A stretch of 64,000 nucleotides of DNA from IMG/VR virus record IMGVR_UViG_3300032050_000011; one strand, 5' to 3'. The position numbers and the translations under genes were made by a program. The notes beneath the pieces were generated by a model that did not search any database, was not told the origin of the DNA, and saw only the letters and a list, made by a program, of their open reading frames with translations. Every line of letters begins with the position of its first letter. Position 1 is the first letter of the stretch. Positions 42,893 through 51,686 of this stretch are shown here, one piece after another. The stretch is from a virus.

Positions 42893-45073
42893 TTAAGCTT
42901 CAGCTCTTGTGATAGTTATATCATTAAGTACGAAATCAATGCCTTCAACTAAAACAGCTACTAAACTTATGTTGATCGTATTGCCAGTTATCTTAACAGA
43001 TAGATCTTTATAGCCATTTGGTGCGGCAGTAGTAGATACTGTTATTCCTTGTGCAAGATATGTGCTTAATAGCGATGAGGCAATAGATCTAACTTCAGAT
43101 ACAGATATGGTATTCTTTTTACCAACAAATACGTTTTCAAGTTGATTTCTAAAATCAAAACTTAACACGTCTGCAGCATACATAACATTTGCTCTGTTGT
43201 ATACCCAGTTTCCGTCTTTTTGATAAGTGGTATTATCAAGAAGACATCTGATACCACCAGACTGAGGCTGCTCAAAGAAAGTTATTCCGCCTTGTATAGC
43301 TTCGTTGTATTTAACATTAGGATTAAAGTCTTGTACGATATCTTCTTCAGGGGTAGACATCGACTGAGAGGTGTGTCTAATTCCGCTAACATTAAAGAAT
43401 TTAAACGTTAGAGGAGTTCCTATTGGCGAACCGCAACGAGCTCCAGCAAGCATACATGATTGTGCCCAAGGCTGAAACCACTTTATGTTACCCTGAGAAT
43501 CAGTATTCTTAGTGTCCTGAATACATAGCTGTATACGCGGATCAGCAAGTAGACCAGATCTCTCTCTACATGCATCAAAGCTATTTTTATAAGAAAGATA
43601 AGCCTGTCTCTCACTTCTATTTTTTGTAGTACTCATTAAGTTACAGTGAGTCTTAACTGCCTGATGTATACCAAGTATTGTGTAGCTAGACGAGGAATCT
43701 GTTGTGTTATCTGCAATATCACTAGAAGGAGTATCTGAGGCTAGGATTGCATCTCTAGAAAATAGAGGAACCACAGCGCTAACTCTGATCTCTTCGAATG
43801 CCGCTAAAGCTGCAGTTATAGAAGACGTAGTTGTTGCTCCAAGAGCTCCACCAGAAAGTCCAGCTTCACTCATCGCATCAACTAGACCAACAGCAGATTG
43901 ATCATCGATATCTGCAATAGATGAATCTTTAAAAAAGCTTGCCACTTCAGACGCATCTTTTTTGATACGAGCAGGCTTGATAGTTAATGAATTTGAACAT
44001 TTCGCACCAATAGTAACTTCATCAAGTACGCTAGGTGATAATGAGTTATATAGCGTGCTAGTAAGAGAAGCTTTCCAGCCTGGATTAAGATTTATCGCGT
44101 TAACTAGTTGAAGTAGGGTTGGATAAGACTCTTTGCTTATTGAGATCGCTGAGCCAGCATCTAGAATAATTGAACTAGACGTTACTTCTACTGTAGCAGT
44201 TGCACTAGCTCCGCTAAAACCAACCTGCATAACAACGTTACCGCCAATAAGTTCTTGCTCTTCTAGTAAGTCTCTTGTTTGCTTAAGAGTAAGTGTCATT
44301 TTTGATTCTTGAGATGATACTTCAAGACCCTCGGCAATATTCATTGCAGCAAGAGGTGCACCAGTGCCATCTTTAAGTTCTAGTGCTTTACCAGAACCAT
44401 TTCGGCTCGCTAATGGATCTGCATCAATTTCTATAGATAGAGAAGATGCGCCATCAACGCCGCTAACAGTAAATGATACGTCAGCAACAGACCACGTAGC
44501 AGCGTCAGCAGCTAGCGCAGCGTTGTCGGCATAACCGCCTGCAACACTTACAGAACTCTTAACACCGTTAACATAGATATCGAATGATCCAGCAGCAATA
44601 AGTGACTCGTCAAAATCCGCAGATGATTCAGACATTGGCGCAACTTCAGCCGTTTCTTCTGCAGAGAAAGTAATAGTATTTCCACCTATTCCGTGCTCAA
44701 GAGAGCGAACAGTGCCGAATGAGTTTGGCAATGACATAGTGGCTCTAGTGGACGAATTAGTTTTATAAATATAAACAGCCTGTGCACCATTAGGCACAGC
44801 ACCATCAGAAGCTGGAGAAAATAGAAAGTTCATCGCATCTACGATCGGACCAGATCCGTATTTTTGTCTTACTTCAGAAATCTGATTAGGTAAGAAAAAA
44901 TTTCTAGACATATCGGCTTCTTCACTACCAGGTTTACCTCTAGTAGATTCACCAAATATTGCCACTAGACCTACGATACCAAGCGGAAAATTACCACCTA
45001 AATCTATTGTCAACTTAGAATAAGCACCAGGCCTATAAATAGTTGCGCCATTGAAGGATACATTAATCGCCAT
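42893..45073 (-). CDS. Tail sheath protein
   Basis: F.GATIYRPGAYS N-terminus and a sheath-type C-terminal domain (G.P.TFK...GITFFE...D.TTY...N...V...AD); 726 aa; upstream of the tube genes. Confidence 0.85.
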   Translation of the reverse strand: MAINVSFNGATIYRPGAYSKLTIDLGGNFPLGIVGLVAIFGESTRGKPGSEEADMSRNFFLPNQISEVRQKYGSGPIVDAMNFLFSPASDGAVPNGAQAVYIYKTNSSTRATMSLPNSFGTVRSLEHGIGGNTITFSAEETAEVAPMSESSADFDESLIAAGSFDIYVNGVKSSVSVAGGYADNAALAADAATWSVADVSFTVSGVDGASSLSIEIDADPLASRNGSGKALELKDGTGAPLAAMNIAEGLEVSSQESKMTLTLKQTRDLLEEQELIGGNVVMQVGFSGASATATVEVTSSSIILDAGSAISISKESYPTLLQLVNAINLNPGWKASLTSTLYNSLSPSVLDEVTIGAKCSNSLTIKPARIKKDASEVASFFKDSSIADIDDQSAVGLVDAMSEAGLSGGALGATTTSSITAALAAFEEIRVSAVVPLFSRDAILASDTPSSDIADNTTDSSSSYTILGIHQAVKTHCNLMSTTKNRSERQAYLSYKNSFDACRERSGLLADPRIQLCIQDTKNTDSQGNIKWFQPWAQSCMLAGARCGSPIGTPLTFKFFNVSGIRHTSQSMSTPEEDIVQDFNPNVKYNEAIQGGITFFEQPQSGGIRCLLDNTTYQKDGNWVYNRANVMYAADVLSFDFRNQLENVFVGKKNTISVSEVRSIASSLLSTYLAQGITVSTTAAPNGYKDLSVKITGNTINISLVAVLVEGIDFVLNDITITRAEA

Positions 45074-45106
45074 ACTTTCTCCTATTGCGTCATTATTGCT
45101 TTAATC

Positions 45107-45115
45107 ATTATAACA
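45107..45115 (-). promoter_or_regulatory. Extended -10 box (TGT-TATAAT)
   Basis: Perfect TGnTATAAT, 33 nt upstream of the sheath start. Confidence 0.55.
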
Positions 45116-45126
45116 TGCATATTTAG

Positions 45127-45372
45127 TTAAATACTAACACCATATAATTTAAGGGCCCTATCAAACTGTTCCATGGTGGCTTCTGATTCTAGCCCCCTGG
45201 CCTTAAAGTCAGCAGCCAATATTTCTTTTTTATGTATAGGTGGTATAAGATCTTTTCTTTGTGAAAACCAGACATCAAACTTCACTCTCTTCTGAGCTAG
45301 TCCTTTCGCTGAAGAGGCGGCATGACGCTCTAGTTCCATTTTTTTTATCTCAGCTTTCAAATTATCATTCAT
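45127..45372 (-). CDS. Small hypothetical protein
   Basis: 81-aa ORF overlapping the upstream gene by 4 nt. Confidence 0.6.
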   Translation of the reverse strand: MNDNLKAEIKKMELERHAASSAKGLAQKRVKFDVWFSQRKDLIPPIHKKEILAADFKARGLESEATMEQFDRALKLYGVSI

Positions 45373-46058
45373 ACATCGCTCCGATACTGACTTATGTTTG
45401 TAACTACTTCTTCTATATCGCCATCTGACATATTAATGTCGCTGTTCGTAGTAGCACCTATATCTAGCTCTAGTACTGGCTCTACATATTGATCGCCCTC
45501 AAGATAGTTCTGGACTGTGCATCTAAATCTTATCCATCTAGACCAGACGTTATCAGCCATATACTTGCTCTCTTTATTGTACTCAGAGGCTCTAAATGTA
45601 TATAATTGCAGACCAAGATTATACCCAGCCATCTTTTCTTTATAGAGAATATAGTTTAGTATATAGTAAAGCCAAAGAACATGATCCTTAGACTTATCGG
45701 CATGTATCCCTATATCTAATGAAACGCTAGAGACACCAGTCAACATCTCAGAGTTCTCGCCAGAACCAAAATAATCTGAAACGGCAGCCCTGCTCTCATC
45801 CTCACTCTCATCTGCAAGATGTATCGTAAAAGAAGGCACTTTAGTAGGGTCAAAGGACCATGCCTGTAGTACAGGTATTTTTGTAGTAGTAAACCAATTA
45901 TATATCTTGTCTATGTGTGCTTGACCATAGGACGCCTGCATTTCATTTCTAAGAAACTGTGCAAATATGCAATCAAATGCAGCTCTGTTATTTTTTAGGT
46001 TAGCTATTCCTAGCTGTACAAGTCTTTGGAGAGCAACTTCTGACATAACAAAAGCCAT
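45369..46058 (-). CDS. Putative tail terminator/completion protein
   Basis: P.F.I.LADESE and beta-strand pattern; position before the sheath. Confidence 0.5.
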   Translation of the reverse strand: MAFVMSEVALQRLVQLGIANLKNNRAAFDCIFAQFLRNEMQASYGQAHIDKIYNWFTTTKIPVLQAWSFDPTKVPSFTIHLADESEDESRAAVSDYFGSGENSEMLTGVSSVSLDIGIHADKSKDHVLWLYYILNYILYKEKMAGYNLGLQLYTFRASEYNKESKYMADNVWSRWIRFRCTVQNYLEGDQYVEPVLELDIGATTNSDINMSDGDIEEVVTNISQYRSDV

Positions 46059-46061
46059 AGA

Positions 46062-46784
46062 TCATCCTCCGTATTGTGCCATAATGTAGCGTATGGCATC
46101 GTCTATTCTGTCCTGGAGCTGATTATTTATCTGCTCTAGCTTTTCAGTCATATCGGCCTTTTTAGCAGGCCTTACCCATTTTGAATTAGGATCTTGCTTA
46201 TCGCTTGCGGTTCTAAATTGAGTTGCAACAGACTTTGAATTATCATATGTGTATTCATGCTGCGGCACAGGTAGCGCCTCTATTGTGTCTATAGACTCTG
46301 TAGGATCACTGGATCCGCCTCTTTGCTTTTCAAGTCTTGCCTGCTTGTCTGCCTTTAATTGCAGTCTTTGCTTATTGATTTGTTTTATTGCGTTTTCTAT
46401 AGTTTTTGGCATTGAGCTTTCGCTAGATCTTTCGCGCATAGGTATTTTTTTATATCTAGAGCCATCATGGGCCATTTTTGCATTAGATAGTAGTTTTGGC
46501 AACATAGGGAACGGCGGTTCCGAAAAGTCAGTTTTTCCAGATAGTGTAGTTATCTTAAACAGATTTCCATCGCGTATCGCCATAAGCTCTTGTACAAATT
46601 TATGAGAGTTATGGTCTCCTCCGTCTATAACAGCCTCTTCTAGAGCATCAGCTACCATATCTATTACAGCTTCTCTTACATTATCAGATGCACTATCGCA
46701 AATGCTTTCAGCCTCATCTAGAGAAAAGCCTTTTGCCATCAGTCTGTGTTTTAAATTTTCTAACTCATGACCTACATCTAGCAT
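46062..46784 (-). CDS. Putative neck/tail-completion protein
   Basis: Synteny and an FRTAS.KQDPN.KW.RP motif. Confidence 0.45.
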   Translation of the reverse strand: MLDVGHELENLKHRLMAKGFSLDEAESICDSASDNVREAVIDMVADALEEAVIDGGDHNSHKFVQELMAIRDGNLFKITTLSGKTDFSEPPFPMLPKLLSNAKMAHDGSRYKKIPMRERSSESSMPKTIENAIKQINKQRLQLKADKQARLEKQRGGSSDPTESIDTIEALPVPQHEYTYDNSKSVATQFRTASDKQDPNSKWVRPAKKADMTEKLEQINNQLQDRIDDAIRYIMAQYGG

Positions 46785-48295
46785 TAGCGTGCCTTTTTAA
46801 TTATTCTGGCTTTCATGTCACATAGGAAGTTAGATTTTTCTAGATCTGTCCATTCTTTGTCAAATGTTATAGATATTTGACCTTTATTATCTATTTCTAT
46901 TTTTGGTCTAGGTAAGTACATGTATTCATTTTCGTAGACCTTTTTTGGATCTATCTTTTTAGATTGTACGACATCTACTTTAGAGGGTTTTTTAGAAAGT
47001 TCATCTACTTTCTCTTGCAGTTCTAACAACCTAGACTCTAGATCTTCTATTTCTTTGCCAGCATCTTGGTTTAGTTTGTTGTGCTTATCTACGACAGTTA
47101 GTAGCGAATTCTCTAGCTTATCAAATAGCGCCATTATCTTAGACTCTACTTGCTGAAGGTCTACCGCAACGCCATTGCGTATCTCTTTTCGCATATTTTC
47201 TACTTCAGTGTAGATATTGGCAAGATTGTGTTTTCGATAATTATCTGCAAGTTGCTCTAGTCCGCCATATATAGCGTCATCTGAAAGTTTTTCATCGTCT
47301 AGTATGTCGAATACTTTTTCATCTTCATCTGAGTACCACTCGAATACAGACATGACATCTGCACAGAGCTGAGGCAGTGACTTATTAGTAAATTGATGTA
47401 TTACTTTATGGCCATCACTTATACGACCAGAATACACATCATTCATGTGTTTTCTTAGGCTTATAGTATAGGAATCTATCTTGACATCTCTAAAATCCTC
47501 ATCACTCATATCTTTAACGGCAGTGCTAAGCATTCTGAAGCAGCCATTACCTATGAGCTTCAGTGCTTCGCCATGACTTATGTCAAATGTAGCAGTTCGC
47601 TGATTATCACCACGAAGTATATTTTTATTTAGTTTCTCTAATATAACTAGATCTTGTAGTTTGCTGGATTTTTTTAAGGCAGAGTGCGCATACATTTCTA
47701 GCCCTACTCTGCAGCAATCCCGCAGTTCCCAGTCTAATAGACTATGAAGAGGTGCAAACTGCAGATCTTTAAGTTCATGTGTATCTTTTGGTTTTCCGTC
47801 AAAAGAATCTACTAGAAATACTTTAGAGTCATTACCGTTTATCTTAGCATGACCAATTTCATTTAGATCTCCAGCGTCTAGTCCTGTCTCTTCTTTAAGT
47901 TCTCTTTTTGCTGCTTGGACAAAATCTTCACCGGGATCAACGTGCCCTCCTGGCGTTTGCCATTTACCATCGTTTCCAATGCCAACAAGAATATGCCCAC
48001 TATCGTCAGTAACAACAAGACCTACCCCCTGTCCTCTATAATATTGCTCAAATGATTTTTTAAGTTTCTTTTTAGATTTGCGCTCTGTTTTTTCGCCCTT
48101 GCCATGTTTTTCATGGTGCTCGCTAGTCCAATCGCCGCCTCTATTTTTGTTTTTACTTTCTGGCGCATCTGAATTTGAAGAGTATTTTGCGGCTACACTT
48201 TTAGGTGGACATCCACGAGCCTGAGTGCACTTGCCTTTCCCATGAAGGATCTGCATCATAAATCTATATTGTTTTTTACTGGCTGCTTGAGGCAT
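46784..48295 (-). CDS. NUDIX-domain protein with C-terminal coiled coil, probably virion-associated
   Basis: Complete Nudix box G-HVDPG-E-DFVQAAK-RELKEETGL. Start moved to ATG 48295 (GGAG SD; TATAAT box at 48323..48328). Confidence 0.8.
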   Translation of the reverse strand: MPQAASKKQYRFMMQILHGKGKCTQARGCPPKSVAAKYSSNSDAPESKNKNRGGDWTSEHHEKHGKGEKTERKSKKKLKKSFEQYYRGQGVGLVVTDDSGHILVGIGNDGKWQTPGGHVDPGEDFVQAAKRELKEETGLDAGDLNEIGHAKINGNDSKVFLVDSFDGKPKDTHELKDLQFAPLHSLLDWELRDCCRVGLEMYAHSALKKSSKLQDLVILEKLNKNILRGDNQRTATFDISHGEALKLIGNGCFRMLSTAVKDMSDEDFRDVKIDSYTISLRKHMNDVYSGRISDGHKVIHQFTNKSLPQLCADVMSVFEWYSDEDEKVFDILDDEKLSDDAIYGGLEQLADNYRKHNLANIYTEVENMRKEIRNGVAVDLQQVESKIMALFDKLENSLLTVVDKHNKLNQDAGKEIEDLESRLLELQEKVDELSKKPSKVDVVQSKKIDPKKVYENEYMYLPRPKIEIDNKGQISITFDKEWTDLEKSNFLCDMKARIIKKAR

Positions 48296-48341
48296 AGTAC
48301 TCCAAATATCTCTTGCCCTTACATTATATCTTAAATGCTGG

Positions 48342-49136
48342 CTAGAGCTCCTTACCATCCGGCTTAAATAAAAAATCTCGCTTAACCATAATATGCTGAG
48401 GCAATCGTTTAGCTACTTTTTGACCATTGACCATCTGCTGCGTGGCGCGTATCTCATGCATGTTCTGCATTACATTATACACAGGATTCGCGGAATATGT
48501 TATAGATAGCACTTCACCTATATCTTCTATGCTATCATAGCTAGGAGCTTTTCCTGCGACCCAGACTATATTGCCATTAACTATAGTAAAATCAACATCT
48601 TGCACATACTTCTTAAGTGCGCCATTAACTACGGACGATATATCGAAAACTCTTATTATTGGATACTTGACGCTGGTTGCTCCACTTGTTCCGTCATATT
48701 GTCTCAGGTCAGTTAGACGTATCTGAAAATCAGGGCACAATAACTTATCAAATATATTGAAGTCAGCCTGATTGCCATCTGGATACTCGGTAGGGAACGT
48801 TATCACCGCTGTCCCTATTTCCCAGACTCCTTGGACTTCAAATAGTTTTTCTAGTGAATTATTAGTAAAAACACCAAATATCTCTTTTTCTTGTATATAT
48901 ATTATCTGACTATTGTCGCAAAATGCACAATCTGGATCGTGGTTGTTATCGTCTAGACTTTTCATGTTAGGGCATGGCGCTGCCATGCGATGCACAAAGC
49001 GTATGCCTCTGTTTTGAACTATCTGATCCCAGGATTCGCCTCTGATGCTTATATCAGTTATAAGATCAGGCATCATAGATGGATATGACTTGGCTGTTTT
49101 AGGATACTGCTGATTTGGTTTATCTAGTGGCGACAT
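48342..49136 (-). CDS. Putative neck/head-closure protein
   Basis: PCP...C..C cysteine motif and Y...PVY.V....HE.R pattern; position in the head-tail joining block. Confidence 0.5.
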   Translation of the reverse strand: MSPLDKPNQQYPKTAKSYPSMMPDLITDISIRGESWDQIVQNRGIRFVHRMAAPCPNMKSLDDNNHDPDCAFCDNSQIIYIQEKEIFGVFTNNSLEKLFEVQGVWEIGTAVITFPTEYPDGNQADFNIFDKLLCPDFQIRLTDLRQYDGTSGATSVKYPIIRVFDISSVVNGALKKYVQDVDFTIVNGNIVWVAGKAPSYDSIEDIGEVLSITYSANPVYNVMQNMHEIRATQQMVNGQKVAKRLPQHIMVKRDFLFKPDGKEL

Positions 49137-49151
49137 TAGATGCCTCTTATC

Positions 49152-49286
49152 TTATTTAGTTTTTACTTTATATAGATGATCGATATGTGGATGAACTTCA
49201 AGCTCATGAATCTCACCCGCTTGAAAAGGCTGTTCAGTCTTCGCTAAGCTCCACTGACCATTATATAAGTAGGTAACTTTTTCCAT
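49152..49286 (-). CDS. 44-aa peptide carrying the NGQW-x-L-x-K tag
   Basis: MEKVTYLYNGQWSLAKTEQPF..., whose N-terminus matches that of the 210-aa ART; below the track cut-off. Confidence 0.6.
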   Translation of the reverse strand: MEKVTYLYNGQWSLAKTEQPFQAGEIHELEVHPHIDHLYKVKTK

Positions 49287-49293
49287 AGCTTAT

Positions 49294-49302
49294 ATTTTAT
49301 CA
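49294..49302 (-). promoter_or_regulatory. Extended -10 box (TGA-TAAAAT), probably leaderless
   Basis: 7 nt upstream of ATG 49286; no SD. Confidence 0.45.
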
Positions 49303-49307
49303 GACTG

Positions 49308-49997
49308 CTAGTCTGAGATACCAAACTTTATACGCATTATCTTCTCTTCTCGCGGTGAAAGAGTTTTCAGTATTATCTTTAGGTTACGTGCTATATCTTC
49401 TGTATCTAGCTTGTCGGCACTGAATTCTATGCTAGACTTATGCAGTCTATCTAGTAGACTTCTGTCTTCTTCTGAATTAGGACTACTGTCTAGTGATAGT
49501 GGTATCTTAGCTATCTCTAGCAGATCTTTTAACTTATCTTCTTTCATGTTCATAAGTTTACTAAGTTCTTCTAGATTAGGTTCTTTGCCATATAGACGAA
49601 CATGCTGACTCATGATCTGAAATATTTTATTTACACTCTCTACTAAATGCACTGGCAGTCGAACAGTTCTTCCAGTGTCTGCTATGGCTCTAGTAATAGA
49701 CTGACGTATCCACCATGTTGCATAAGTGCTAAATCTATAGCCACGCTTATACTCAAATTTCTCTACGGCCTTCATGAGGCCAAGATTTCCCTCTTGTATA
49801 AGATCTAGCAGATCCATGCCGCTATAGGTATATTTCTTAGCTATAGAGACTACTAGTCGCAGATTTGACTCTACTAATCGCTGCTTGGCTGCCTCATCGC
49901 CTTCAAAAGCGAGCTTAGCAAAGTAGAGTTCCTCTTTAAGAGTCAGCATCGGTATAGCACCCATCTGCTCTAAATAAATCTTTAGTCTATTGCTCAT
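49308..49997 (-). CDS. RpoD/sigma70-family factor lacking regions 1.1 and 4.2
   Basis: [54 protein letters not shown] and RLPVHLVE are present. The protein ends at [17 protein letters not shown], before the HTH. Confidence 0.9.
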   Translation of the reverse strand: MSNRLKIYLEQMGAIPMLTLKEELYFAKLAFEGDEAAKQRLVESNLRLVVSIAKKYTYSGMDLLDLIQEGNLGLMKAVEKFEYKRGYRFSTYATWWIRQSITRAIADTGRTVRLPVHLVESVNKIFQIMSQHVRLYGKEPNLEELSKLMNMKEDKLKDLLEIAKIPLSLDSSPNSEEDRSLLDRLHKSSIEFSADKLDTEDIARNLKIILKTLSPREEKIMRIKFGISD

Positions 49998-50003
49998 GAA
50001 ATG

Positions 50004-50012
50004 ATTATACCG
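50004..50012 (-). promoter_or_regulatory. -10 box (CGG-TATAAT) of the sigma gene, probably leaderless
   Basis: 6 nt upstream of ATG 49997; no SD. Confidence 0.5.
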
Positions 50013-50056
50013 ATTAGCCTACATGCTGCTTGTATGCCTTTACTTTTTAGACTATT

Positions 50057-50689
50057 TTATTTGTGGATTTTAAACTTTCCTGGTGCAACCAGAATCTCAT
50101 CCTCTCCGTATGCAGACTGCTGCTGTTCTTTGGCGCTAGATCCCCAGTCTTCGTCTGGCTCGTTTGGCCCAAGAGCAGCCCCATCAGGCTCATGCAGTCC
50201 ACCTCTGTGTCCATACATCTTAGGCATACTATGTATGTCATCTTCAGGAACCCACGCGCTCGAGAAGTCGCCTGGCTTAGCATCTGCTCCGAAACTAGCA
50301 TTGTGTGAAAAACCTGCAGCAATACCTGGAGTCCATGACCAACTTGTCATTTCATCGTTATGATAGTGATCGCCCTTATTGCGCCTAGCATAATTTTCAG
50401 CACTATTGTCGCCTCTATGTAGCAAAAACTCTAGTTTGTTAGTTATTGGATTTTTTCTATATTGAGCTAGTCTCATTAATTTATTAAGAGCTCTAGCTCT
50501 CATGTTGCCGCTCATGCGAGGAATATCCTGCTTATCTACACTACTAGTAACATCACCAGTCACCCATCCTTGCACACTATATCTATCTTTGTTAGATATA
50601 TCCTTATCTGGGTTAAACGGAATTTTCTTCTGTCTAGATCCTTTCTCGAGTACCCATTGTCCGTTATGTAGATATGATATTTTTTCCAT
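50057..50689 (-). CDS. Putative R-S-E class ADP-ribosyltransferase with N-terminal NGQW tag
   Basis: LLHRG (R), MTSWSWTPGIAAGF (S-x-S..A..F) and GEDEILV (E-x-E) occur in the canonical order. Confidence 0.65.
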   Translation of the reverse strand: MEKISYLHNGQWVLEKGSRQKKIPFNPDKDISNKDRYSVQGWVTGDVTSSVDKQDIPRMSGNMRARALNKLMRLAQYRKNPITNKLEFLLHRGDNSAENYARRNKGDHYHNDEMTSWSWTPGIAAGFSHNASFGADAKPGDFSSAWVPEDDIHSMPKMYGHRGGLHEPDGAALGPNEPDEDWGSSAKEQQQSAYGEDEILVAPGKFKIHK

Positions 50690-50702
50690 AAATATCTAAG
50701 TG

Positions 50703-51008
50703 TTAGTGATCATGCGGATATTTGTCTGATCCAGACTCATCATGTAAAGATAACCAGCTATTAACATGATCGTCGAATTTTTCTTGATGTTTTGGATTGC
50801 TTAGCTGAACATGTGCAGCAGGGTGATCTATTGAAGCATATGCATGTCCGGCATCTTTATGATACTTAATATGTTTTGGTTTAACTTGATTATTGAAATT
50901 AGCTATTGCTCTTTGGAAATGAGCTTCGCTTTTTTGCAATATCTCTTCTATCTGCTCATCGGCCTTCTTTTGAAGTATCCACTTGTCCCAGTCTGGAAAT
51001 TCTTTCAC
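50703..51008 (-). CDS. Hypothetical His-rich protein with an ILQKS site
   Basis: GTG start with AGGAG SD; first gene of the leftward operon. Confidence 0.6.
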   Translation of the reverse strand: MKEFPDWDKWILQKKADEQIEEILQKSEAHFQRAIANFNNQVKPKHIKYHKDAGHAYASIDHPAAHVQLSNPKHQEKFDDHVNSWLSLHDESGSDKYPHDH

Positions 51009-51054
51009 GTGATGCTCCTGTTCATTTAAGTAGCTCAGTTTTTCTATAGTCTAT

Positions 51055-51063
51055 ATTCTACCA
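51055..51063 (-). promoter_or_regulatory. Extended -10 box (TGG-TAGAAT)
   Basis: In the divergent intergenic region, 46 nt upstream of 51008. Confidence 0.45.
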
Positions 51064-51175
51064 TCTCATCGAGTCAATCTAGTATAATATTCTCACGCAT
51101 TTACCTGATCCGCGAAGCGGTTAGGGGGCCCCTGCCAGTTAGGTTACAACTACTTAACTCACCTAAGAGACCACT

Positions 51176-51301
51176 ATGACTCAGTATCTATTTACCGAAG
51201 ATCAGATTCATCGCATGCTCATACTCTATGCGCTCTTGAATCTAAACATAGACTGGCGTGCGATCAAATACGGAGAGCTGCTATGCCACAACGACTACTA
51301 A
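51176..51301 (+). CDS. 41-aa micro-protein (motif variant ALLNLNI)
   Basis: Hand-translated; first of a chain of overlapping small ORFs. Confidence 0.5.
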   Translation: MTQYLFTEDQIHRMLILYALLNLNIDWRAIKYGELLCHNDY

Positions 51302-51426
51302 GACTAAACGGCGTAATAAACTCACAGCTAGACATACGCGATATCATAGAGACCTATGCGCTGCTCAAAATAATCAGAAAACTAGAGATCTATGGCGATC
51401 ACGAGGCCTGGTATGACCACATATGA
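51283..51426 (+). CDS. 47-aa micro-protein (IIRKLEI)
   Basis: GGAG SD; hand-translated. Confidence 0.6.
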   Translation: MPQRLLRLNGVINSQLDIRDIIETYALLKIIRKLEIYGDHEAWYDHI

Positions 51427-51526
51427 ACTACTGCGTGTCGTACTCGCGGCCGCGCAGCTAGTTGCCACACTGGCAGCACCCTGGGTCGTCATCTATCTTG
51501 ATCGGAGACGCAATGGCGGACAATGA
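51413..51526 (+). CDS. 37-aa membrane peptide
   Basis: GAGG SD; hydrophobic stretch followed by DRRR. Confidence 0.5.
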   Translation: MTTYELLRVVLAAAQLVATLAAPWVVIYLDRRRNGGQ

Positions 51527-51686
51527 GCAAGTGCGCATATATTCGGCCGATGAGCTGCGAGCAATCTGCCCGATGCTTCGCATCCTGCATCAGCTCGGAT
51601 TAATCGGCCTGGTGAGTGTGCGCATGGCTGGCTATATCGATTGGGGCAGCGAAGGCTATATAATAACTAGTTATGACAGACTTTGA
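51513..51686 (+). CDS. 57-aa micro-protein (ILHQLGL)
   Basis: GGAG SD before ATG 51513, inside track ORF 51462..51686. Confidence 0.6.
   Translation: MADNEQVRIYSADELRAICPMLRILHQLGLIGLVSVRMAGYIDWGSEGYIITSYDRL

Noticed and set aside
29179-45073. Bacterial extracellular contractile injection system or tailocin rather than a phage
   Set aside because: Neck-type genes, a frameshift chaperone, a phage-style early region, a tRNA and a sigma factor point to a complete lytic phage, although capsid and terminase genes are not in the window.
49290-49310. Read-through or frameshift restoring sigma region 4.2
   Set aside because: An in-frame TAA follows within five codons and the downstream DNA encodes the separate NGQW peptide; I saw no TLEEVG/TRERIRQIE-like sequence.
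11-51029. Plus-strand ORFs in the track across the structural module (e.g. 2751..3401, 14539..15009, 21336..21836)
   Set aside because: They are antisense shadows of repetitive or biased minus-strand genes, with no SDs or recognisable motifs.
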